A stretch of DNA of 64,000 nt, taken from IMG/VR virus record IMGVR_UViG_3300014720_000002; one strand, 5' to 3'. Numbering within the stretch: the stretch's first letter is position 1; every line of letters begins with the position of its first letter. This DNA is from a virus. The notes beneath the pieces were generated by a model. The model was given only the letters and a program-made list of their open reading frames with translations, searched no databases and was not told the DNA's origin. Shown piece by piece: positions 55,209-62,290 of the stretch. Position numbers and translations under genes: made by a program.

Positions 55209-55593
55209 GGTAAAGCAAAGGTGAGGCGAGGTGTAGCATCGTTGCGTGCGGTTCAGGTGTAGTGCCGTGAAGATGGGTAATGTAAAGCGCCGGCGAGGTG
55301 ATGCTTGGTGTGGTGGCATCGCGTTTGGAACAGTATTGGAGACGCGGCGCACAGCATGGTAGCGCAATGTGGTGGCGTCGTATCGAGGCGCTGAGTATTG
55401 GCCTGGCACGGCGGCGGTGGGCACCGTAAAGCTACGGCATGGTCACGTCAGGTTCAGTGCAGCACAGGTAACGCGACGCAAGGTTCGGTTTCGTGCTGTC
55501 ACGTATCGGTTTGGGTGGGTCGAGCGCTGGGCTGTCAGGCAAAGGCGAGGCGGGGTCTGGTCCGGTTTCGTTACGTCGTGCGCTGTGCCGACG
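55209..55593 (+). repeat. Degenerate NGY-NN pentamer array C (candidate VIPR-like guide RNA array)
   Basis: 75 pentamers, 74 with central G, 66 NGY. Units of 11,36,36,46,36,26,36,31,41,36 nt plus a final ~50-nt unit. The upstream TAA (55211-13) is embedded in the first pentamer. Confidence 0.9.
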
Positions 55594-55639
55594 AACACCA
55601 GTTGGGGCGCAAGCCCTGGCTGGTGTTCGTCCTTTAGCT
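55591..55639 (+). terminator. Nested hairpin (11-bp outer stem plus GGGC-GCAA-GCCC) followed by CCTTTAGCT; closes array C
   Basis: ACGAACACCAG / CTGGTGTTCGT is a perfect stem; same architecture as 53484. Confidence 0.7.
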
Positions 55640-55644
55640 ATCAG

Positions 55645-55683
55645 TTGAAACTCCCGCCGGATTGCGGCACGCTCCGCCTGATG
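55645..55683 (+). promoter_or_regulatory. Class II leaderless-type promoter TTGAAA-N17-CACGCT-N7-ATG
   Basis: Spacing identical to 62252-62290. Confidence 0.6.
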
Positions 55684-56433
55684 TCTGAGCCCCGTGTCAC
55701 CGCCATCGTCGTCAACTGGCGCCGTCCCGACAACGTCCAGCGGATTCTCCGCGCACTGCGCCAGTCGTCGGCGCGCTGCCACATCATCGTCTGCGATGTC
55801 CGGGTGGATGAGACCTATCGGAAGGACACCTTCTTTGAAGGCGCCGACGAGGTTCTCCACCTGTCCCGCAACCACGGCGGTTTCAACCGGCTGGTGCCCG
55901 CCATGCTTGTGCAGACCGAGTTCACCTACTTCCATGACGATGACCTGCTGCCCGGACCCGAGGCGCTCGCCGCCCTGATGCGTTGCGCTGACGGCATGCT
56001 GGGCATGGGCGTGCTTGGCCAGATCGGACGGGTCTATCCAGACGGGCAGTTCGGGACGGATGATGTGCTGCGCGATGAGCACGTCTGCGTGCCGGTGGAC
56101 AACGTCATCCGCGGCGCGCTCGTCCGCTCGGCACTGCTGCCCGGCGTCATGCACTTCTGGCATCGCCACGGGCGCAACTTCATCACGCCGGAGGGGTTGG
56201 TGCATGATGACCTGATGCTGAGCTTCGCGCTCCGCTCCGCCGGGCACATCAACCGGCTCACGCCCGCTGACCACCGCAACGACACCATGATCAACAGCGA
56301 GGAGTTGCCGGACCAGTATGCACTCAGCCGCCGGCCCCAGCACCGACCCGAGCGCGCCGCCATTGTGGCATGGTTCAATCAGCAGTTTCCCGGCCGGCTC
56401 ACCCCGCTGCTGCCGGCGGTCCATGTTGTATGA
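55681..56433 (+). CDS. GT-A glycosyltransferase (GT2/GT64-like)
   Basis: VTAIVVNWRRPDNV...HIIVCD...TEFTYFHDDDLLP...HDDLMLS. Confidence 0.8.
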   Translation: MSEPRVTAIVVNWRRPDNVQRILRALRQSSARCHIIVCDVRVDETYRKDTFFEGADEVLHLSRNHGGFNRLVPAMLVQTEFTYFHDDDLLPGPEALAALMRCADGMLGMGVLGQIGRVYPDGQFGTDDVLRDEHVCVPVDNVIRGALVRSALLPGVMHFWHRHGRNFITPEGLVHDDLMLSFALRSAGHINRLTPADHRNDTMINSEELPDQYALSRRPQHRPERAAIVAWFNQQFPGRLTPLLPAVHVV

Positions 56434-57188
56434 AGCCGCTCGTCAAACTAGCCCTGGCCCACTGGATGCGTGAGGACGCCCAACCTGATCCGGCGGCTGG
56501 GTTGGCGGCTTTGGCGGGTGTGTCAGCGGCCAGCCTGGCGGGTCAGCCGCTGCTGAACATTTTGAAGCGCGAGCCGGCTGGTCCGCTGAGTGTCACGCCC
56601 GAGCGCGCCACGCGCATACTGCAGGCGTTGTCGCCGGGAATTGACTTGCGGGTGGAGTCAGGTGCCGCGGCTCAGTATCGACCGACCTGGCTGGGTGGTG
56701 CGAAACCCAAAGGGACGATTCTCACTTCAGCCACCACCTCGGGAAAACTACCATTGGATGTCCTGCTCCACGAGTTGGGGCACTCTGATGTCCACGCTGG
56801 CCCCTCCCGCGCCCTACGCGCGCTGGGTCCGCTCCGCATGCTGGGTCAGGTCGGCGGGCTGGGATTTGCCGGGCTGGCACCGCTGGCCTATTTCACGGAG
56901 ATGGAAGACGGCCAGCGGGACAAGCTGATGGACTGGGCGTCCATTGCCGGCGGGACGGGCGGGACGCCGGTGCTCATAGATGAAGCCCTGGCCAGTATCA
57001 AGGCGCTCAAGCACTTCGACACGTTGGGACGGACGGGACGCCTGGGGCCGGCCTCCCGTCTGGCCGTGGCCCGAGGGCTGATGCGCAAGCGTCTGCTGGC
57101 GGCTTTCGGCACCTACGGGCTGTCCACCGCCGGCGCCGTGGCCGCTCCCCAGGTGGCCAAGTGGTGGGCGCACCGTGATCCGCAATAG
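56430..57188 (+). CDS. Putative membrane zinc metallopeptidase (HExxH)
   Basis: LLHELGH, a hydrophobic segment, IDEALASIKAL and LLAAFGTY resemble YugP/Zn_peptidase_2-like proteins. Confidence 0.65.
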   Translation: MKPLVKLALAHWMREDAQPDPAAGLAALAGVSAASLAGQPLLNILKREPAGPLSVTPERATRILQALSPGIDLRVESGAAAQYRPTWLGGAKPKGTILTSATTSGKLPLDVLLHELGHSDVHAGPSRALRALGPLRMLGQVGGLGFAGLAPLAYFTEMEDGQRDKLMDWASIAGGTGGTPVLIDEALASIKALKHFDTLGRTGRLGPASRLAVARGLMRKRLLAAFGTYGLSTAGAVAAPQVAKWWAHRDPQ

Positions 57189-57209
57189 GAGGTCTTTCCG
57201 TGCCATAAG
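57182..57209 (+). promoter_or_regulatory. Class I promoter GCAAT-N18-ATAAG
   Basis: Exact spacing; followed by two hairpins, an A-rich stretch and GTG at 57305. Confidence 0.7.
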
Positions 57210-57304
57210 GAGGTGACGGAGGTCTGTTATCTTCGTCCATCTGCCCCGGCTCGTCATGGCTGGGGGTGGTGGCATCCTGCAGTGGCAAAGAGAAAGACAA
57301 GACA

Positions 57305-58333
57305 GTGAAAGCAATCAATCAGTTGGTGGCGAAGTTGAAAGCCTGGGCCGTGGCGGTGTGCACGGACAGCAAGCTCGAACCGCGCCTGCAGACGCTGGCC
57401 AACATCGAGAGCCAATCCTGGACCGAGCTTGGCAGCCCAGATCGCGACAATGACAGCATCGACAAGCACCTGCGAGTGGTCTTCATGGCCCAGCGCACGC
57501 GCAGCCAGATGCGGGTCAACGCGCTGTTGGATTCGTTCGGCCCGCAGTTGGCCGCACTGCCGGTGATGCTGCGGACGGCCATTGAGACGTCGGCCAGCAA
57601 GAAGCCCGGTGAGGCAGCGCTCCTGCGCCGCTTCTTCGAGAGCGAGGCGGAGACGAAGGCCGCCGAGGCCGGTGTGGACATGGTCGTTGCCATGTGCAGC
57701 AAGGATGAGGACGGGCACCCACTCAACCCGGAGATTGCCGCCCTGCATTTGGAAACCCGTCGGGTGGAGGCAGAGATCAGCAAGCTGCGCGATGCCGGAT
57801 GGTATCGCGATGAGTTGAACCAGAAGCGCAAGCAACTGGCCGACATCATCGAGCAGCGCAATCGCCGTCCAGAGGCAGAGGTGCAGGACACCCAGATGCT
57901 GGTCCTGGTGCCGCACTATCTGGAGCAGCGTGCGCGGCTGGCCGAGTTGGAAGAGTCCATTGCCAAGTCCGGCGATTTCGATGTGCTGGACAAGGAAATC
58001 GCCGGGGTCATGTCGGTGGACAGCCTGCCCAAGTGGCGCGATGGGTCGGCCGACAGCCTGCAAGGGCTGGCGGACTTGATCAGCCGGATGGTGTCCTTCA
58101 GCCGCCTGACCGGCAGCGCGGCGCTCGCGGACGAGCACAACCGGCTGGCGTTGATTGCTGCCGCGTTGAACGTGCACGCCGTGGCCCAGGGATCGCCGGC
58201 GACCGGCAGCCGGTTCACCATTGCCCCGGACGGTCGGGTGGTGGGCGTGTGGTCGCTGCCGGGCGAGGTGCAGCAGGTGCTAAACCGCCCGGTCTCTCGG
58301 CTGAGTGGTGAACCGCTGCCGGAACAGGAGTAA
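57305..58333 (+). CDS. Hypothetical coiled-coil protein
   Basis: Long helical ORF with host-like C-ending codons; GTG start after an A-rich leader. Confidence 0.6.
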   Translation: MKAINQLVAKLKAWAVAVCTDSKLEPRLQTLANIESQSWTELGSPDRDNDSIDKHLRVVFMAQRTRSQMRVNALLDSFGPQLAALPVMLRTAIETSASKKPGEAALLRRFFESEAETKAAEAGVDMVVAMCSKDEDGHPLNPEIAALHLETRRVEAEISKLRDAGWYRDELNQKRKQLADIIEQRNRRPEAEVQDTQMLVLVPHYLEQRARLAELEESIAKSGDFDVLDKEIAGVMSVDSLPKWRDGSADSLQGLADLISRMVSFSRLTGSAALADEHNRLALIAAALNVHAVAQGSPATGSRFTIAPDGRVVGVWSLPGEVQQVLNRPVSRLSGEPLPEQE

Positions 58334-58666
58334 CGCCATGCGATACCATCAGATCATCCGGGAGGCTCTGAATCCTCCGCAGGGCAGAGTCACCGTGCGT
58401 TCGCTCACCCGCAGGCTGGCTGAGGCTGGCCTGCGGGTGAAGGTCTGGCGCAGAGCCAGCGCAGAAGAAGTTCGGCGCGCGTTTGAGGCGGGCGAGATCG
58501 TGTTGCTGCCGGTGTTCAAGCAGCGTCTGTTTGGGCGCAACGGCACTGGTTGGCATACCGTGAGCAAGCGTCTCGTCAGTCGGGGCTTCGTTAAACTCGA
58601 ACGCTTGGGGCTGGAGTTGAGTCTCCGGGAATGGACACCCAAAGGCACAGCCATCATCTGCGACCC

Positions 58667-59227
58667 ATGAGCATCCTGCGCGAAGTCCTGGACGACGTGG
58701 TCCAGGCATTTGGCATGACCTCGGTGCCTGACCGGCCCGAGGTCTTCGCTGGCGGTGTGCGGCTGGATGTGCCGCTGCGCTGCCAGTTGGACAGTTACTC
58801 CTGCGGCGCCCAGGCGGGCTTCACAGTCGCCCGGGCCTTGGGGAGCCGGGTTTCATACGGGCAGTTCCGGCGCAGCCTCAAGCTGTCCCGGGATGGCAGT
58901 GAGCCGGGTCAACTGGTCCGGGCACTGGTGCGGCATGGCGTCAAGGCGGACACGGTGTGCAAGCTGTCCATGGACCGCCTGCGGGACTGCATCGACCAGG
59001 GTCAGCCCGTCATCATCGGGGTGCAGAACCCCAAGGCGGATGCTGGGCACTGGGTGGTGGTCTATGGCTACGACCTGGACGCTGGCACGGTGTTCATGGG
59101 TGTCAACGGGATGCCGTGGTTCAACCGCCGGGAGTATCCCGTGCGGGAGTTCCGCAAACTGTGGGAGCCCAAGGGCTGGGGGCTGGTGTGCTCTGGCCGC
59201 CGGCGCCTGCGCTGCCGGATGAAGTGA
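58667..59227 (+). CDS. C39-like papain-fold cysteine peptidase
   Basis: QLDSYSCGAQA (catalytic Cys), PVIIGV...GHWVVVYGYD (catalytic His). Confidence 0.85.
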   Translation: MSILREVLDDVVQAFGMTSVPDRPEVFAGGVRLDVPLRCQLDSYSCGAQAGFTVARALGSRVSYGQFRRSLKLSRDGSEPGQLVRALVRHGVKADTVCKLSMDRLRDCIDQGQPVIIGVQNPKADAGHWVVVYGYDLDAGTVFMGVNGMPWFNRREYPVREFRKLWEPKGWGLVCSGRRRLRCRMK

Positions 59228-59231
59228 GCAA

Positions 59232-59283
59232 GAAGTGGGCGGGCTGGGGCGCAAGCCCTGGGCTGTCCACTTCCTTTTAGCTG
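59232..59283 (+). terminator. Nested hairpin (GGGC-GCAA-GCCC inner stem) followed by CTTTTAGCT
   Basis: GAAGTGGGCGG / CTGTCCACTTC outer stem with two G-U pairs; shares TGGGGCGCAAGCCCTGG with the 55591 element. Confidence 0.65.
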
Positions 59284-59326
59284 TCGGGTCTTGAACTGAC
59301 CGGCCTGGCTGTGCTTCACTGCGGCT

Positions 59327-61672
59327 GTGCCGACCTTGTCTCCCATGCAGAAGCTGATGGCCGCCCTGGGCACCTCGGTCCCGGAAGGTATCCTCGGTCC
59401 CCGGCTGCGCGACCTGGCGCGCGAGGGTGGGCTGGCGTTCGCGCATCCTGGTGGATGGACCGATGCCTACCGCTCCCGCAAGCGGTATGCCCCAATCTGG
59501 CGGACGGCGCAGGAACTTGGCGTGCTGCCGACCGTCACTGCTGACAAGCGCCGGCTGCGTGACTTTGCTGACGGGGCGGTGGTCAATCTCGGGACGGACA
59601 AACCGCCGTTCAAGACCACTTGGAATGCCCGTGCGCCTGACTACGCCAGAAACTGGGCCTTGTCCGACGGCTCCGTGGACAAGCTGCGTGAGGCCGAATT
59701 GTTGCACGGATTCATACCAAAGACGGAAAGCCTTCGCCGGTTCACCCGTTCTGTCAGTCTTTCTCCGGCACGACAGGCTGCGTTGAAGCAGAAGCTGGAT
59801 GCGGCATATCCCGAAGGCTGGCTCATCAAGTCGCGCGGTTATATCGGGCAGATGACATCTGACATGCCGACGGACCTGGCCGCGGCGGGCAAATGGCCGG
59901 TGTTAGACGGGCAGGCCGCCGACTGGATCGTCCAGTCCCGGCAGGACATAGGTCGGTTTGCCCAGCCGCAGGCGCAGGTTGAGCGCTGGCTGTCCAAGCG
60001 TTTCGGTGCGCGTCCGCACGGCACGCACGAATACAGGGTGCATGTGCTCAATGGTCGGGTGGTGCCTTATGCCACAAAGCACAAAGGCGGTCCGGCGCAG
60101 GGTTTTTTGGAACGCTGGATGCCGTGGAATACGGCGCGCATAAACCAGGCCGAGGCGTTGACCCAGCGGGCCGCGAACCAGCTTGGTCGCGGCGATCGTA
60201 ACAAGACTTTCTATGCTTTTGACATAGGCTTCACTAACCGAGGAAAGCCGTTTGTCATCGAGGCCAATCCTTCAGCCACTGATGGAATGTCCGGCGAGTT
60301 CGCGGACCCTCATGTTCAGGACGCCATCGCGGCGGCCATCAAGGGCCAGTTACCCAACTACGTGAAAGCGCGGCGTGGGCTGTGGGCAGGCGGCACCGGG
60401 CTGGGAGTCTATCAGGCGTTCAAGCCAGAGGATGACACCCGCCCCGCCTGGCAGCGCTGGATGGGCAAGCAGTCGAGCCGGCGCGGTGGCTGGCTGGGCG
60501 CGTTTCCAGAGTATGTCGGTCTGTTGGAGTATGTTGGTCGTCCTGGCCTGTATAAGTCGGGAGGTATGGTAACGTCTGCGCTGGCCGGAATGCTGGCCGG
60601 TCGGGGAGTTGACGTAGCCGCCACCAAACTGCTGCGCCCGCTGGTGCCGGGGTGGAATTCATGGATGCACCGTATGGGACTTGAAGCCGGCTTGACGGGC
60701 GGGACCAGGGCGTTTTTACCAAACACCAGAAGGGCTTTGGGCGCCATCTCTGGCGGCGGCACTGGGGTGGTGGATTATGAGCTTGGCAACCAGATCGGCA
60801 GCGAGGTGCGCGGACGTTACCTTAAATCGCCTGGCCTGGTGGCCCGCGACACGGCTTCCCGGCTCACCGCGGACCGCTACCTGCAGGCATTGCGGACGAA
60901 TAAGGTGCCAGGACTGGCGCGGCGAGAAGCACAGCTATTGCGTCGGTCGGCACCATCCTTCGTTCGGAGCATCGCTGCGGGAGAGGTCAGCATGACCGGA
61001 CTGACTGGTGAAAATCTGACCTCGCCGTTGCTGCGGCACGCCCGGGCCGCGTATCAACACACTGCACCTGAGTTGTTGGCGCAGGATGTGACGCAATGGA
61101 CCCGCTGGTTGCCGAAGAGGTTCAGACCGGATCCGGCAACGACGGGCATGCGGATGCAACAACATCTTTCCAAACTGACTGGACCAGATCGTCCCTGGCG
61201 GCAAGCTATCGCGGGACCGGCGGTATCGGGAGGTTTGGGAGGTTTGGGAAGTTTGGCTGAAAATCTGGGGCAGGAGTTGATTTCGGGCAGCATGGCAGGA
61301 CCAATCATTCCCAGCGTGATCGCCAGCGCCGCCGGGCATCTACCTAACACTGCCGTCAATAATGTGTTGACGGCAGGTGCGGCGGCGGGGGCGTCCAATA
61401 CACTGCAGGCATTGAAATACAAATTGATGCTAACTGGTCACCAGCAACCTCGGCCGCTGGGATGGGGCGCACGGCTGCTGGACGCGACCTTCGAGCCGAC
61501 GGCTTCAGAATTCATACGGGCTGGGCAGGATTTACGACGGCTGCAGGATTCATCGCGCAGACTGTCGGCAACCCGACAGCCGGTTCAGGCTAGGCTCCAG
61601 GCGCATTCAAATGTAGGGCAAGGATTGCAGGCCGACGCGCGTCAGCTACAGCAGGCATGGTTTAACCGGTGA
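59327..61672 (+). CDS. ATP-grasp (RimK-like) ligase domain with a long Gly/Ala-rich C-terminal extension
   Basis: WLIKSRG, WIVQ, EYRVHVLNGRVV, FYAFDIG...PFVIEANPS. Start may be GTG 59327 or ATG 59345. Confidence 0.75.
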   Translation: MPTLSPMQKLMAALGTSVPEGILGPRLRDLAREGGLAFAHPGGWTDAYRSRKRYAPIWRTAQELGVLPTVTADKRRLRDFADGAVVNLGTDKPPFKTTWNARAPDYARNWALSDGSVDKLREAELLHGFIPKTESLRRFTRSVSLSPARQAALKQKLDAAYPEGWLIKSRGYIGQMTSDMPTDLAAAGKWPVLDGQAADWIVQSRQDIGRFAQPQAQVERWLSKRFGARPHGTHEYRVHVLNGRVVPYATKHKGGPAQGFLERWMPWNTARINQAEALTQRAANQLGRGDRNKTFYAFDIGFTNRGKPFVIEANPSATDGMSGEFADPHVQDAIAAAIKGQLPNYVKARRGLWAGGTGLGVYQAFKPEDDTRPAWQRWMGKQSSRRGGWLGAFPEYVGLLEYVGRPGLYKSGGMVTSALAGMLAGRGVDVAATKLLRPLVPGWNSWMHRMGLEAGLTGGTRAFLPNTRRALGAISGGGTGVVDYELGNQIGSEVRGRYLKSPGLVARDTASRLTADRYLQALRTNKVPGLARREAQLLRRSAPSFVRSIAAGEVSMTGLTGENLTSPLLRHARAAYQHTAPELLAQDVTQWTRWLPKRFRPDPATTGMRMQQHLSKLTGPDRPWRQAIAGPAVSGGLGGLGSLAENLGQELISGSMAGPIIPSVIASAAGHLPNTAVNNVLTAGAAAGASNTLQALKYKLMLTGHQQPRPLGWGARLLDATFEPTASEFIRAGQDLRRLQDSSRRLSATRQPVQARLQAHSNVGQGLQADARQLQQAWFNR

Positions 61673-61676
61673 GCCT

Positions 61677-61704
61677 GCAACGGAAGTCGTCCGCGGGGTA
61701 TAAG
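61677..61704 (+). promoter_or_regulatory. Class I promoter GCAAC-N18-ATAAG
   Basis: Exact spacing; followed by the hairpin GAGCAGAC/GTTTGCTT. Confidence 0.65.
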
Positions 61705-61822
61705 ACTGTGAGCAGACCGTTGTTTGCTTGGTCGTCCTGTGGACGGCGTAATTCGTGGAGCATATACGTGTATGTTGAAAGCATTACTAAGCGGGATTAA
61801 CGGCGCCGTAAATGGGGCGGAG

Positions 61823-62191
61823 ATGAAACAGCAAAACGACGCCTTGCGAAAAGTATTGGAGCAAGCGATCAAGGTCGCAGTCAGCCCGGAAGCAACACCG
61901 GACGAGATGGATAAACTGAGTCAGCGGCTGGGCGTAGCTGCCTTAGCTGCGGAGGGCTTGGCCGCGCTGGAGCAACAGGAGGCCTACAGCAGGTTTAACC
62001 GGCTGGCCCGCAACTTCGACCTTCAACTGGAGGCGCTGCCGGCGCTGCTGACTGCCGCCCATGAAACCTTGCCAGCCGGAGATCCAGGCAAGGCGGTGCT
62101 GCAGTTCCTTACGGCCCGGACACCGCTGGAACTGGCGGCCGCTATACTCGCGCTCAAGAAGCTCCGGCGCGAAGAAGCTCCGGCGGTCTAG
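61823..62191 (+). CDS. Hypothetical helical protein (start may be 61772)
   Basis: ORF between a class I promoter and the 62193 hairpin. Confidence 0.55.
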   Translation: MKQQNDALRKVLEQAIKVAVSPEATPDEMDKLSQRLGVAALAAEGLAALEQQEAYSRFNRLARNFDLQLEALPALLTAAHETLPAGDPGKAVLQFLTARTPLELAAAILALKKLRREEAPAV

Positions 62192-62192
62192 C

Positions 62193-62237
62193 CAGCTAAA
62201 AGAAAGCTATCCGACGGGGGTAGTTTTCTTTTAGCTG
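62193..62237 (+). terminator. 17-bp hairpin immediately after the stop at 62191
   Basis: CAGCTAAAAGAAAGCTA / TAGTTTTCTTTTAGCTG (one G-U pair). Confidence 0.65.
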
Positions 62238-62251
62238 TTGGGTGTGTGGTG

Positions 62252-62290
62252 TTGCCATTCCGCTACCGGGCTGGCACGCTGTCCGGCATG
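62252..62290 (+). promoter_or_regulatory. Class II leaderless-type promoter TTGCCA-N17-CACGCT-N7-ATG
   Basis: Spacing identical to 55645-55683. Confidence 0.6.

Larger units (their letters stand above)
7250..55213 (+). other. Dense block of well over 100 small co-directional phage ORFs, mostly hypothetical
   Basis: Tightly packed + strand ORFs of roughly 60-300 aa joined by ATGA/TGATG overlaps, many of them Cys-rich; typical of a jumbo-phage accessory region. Confidence 0.85.

Noticed and set aside
37196-55424. ORF-track proteins overlapping the arrays (37196-37672 minus, 37781-38017, 48866-49216 minus, 49053-49238, 54990-55424 minus, N-terminal extensions of 53411 and 55369)
   Set aside because: They have low-complexity Arg/Thr/His/Val-rich translations produced by the 5-nt periodicity and show no family similarity; treated as spurious.
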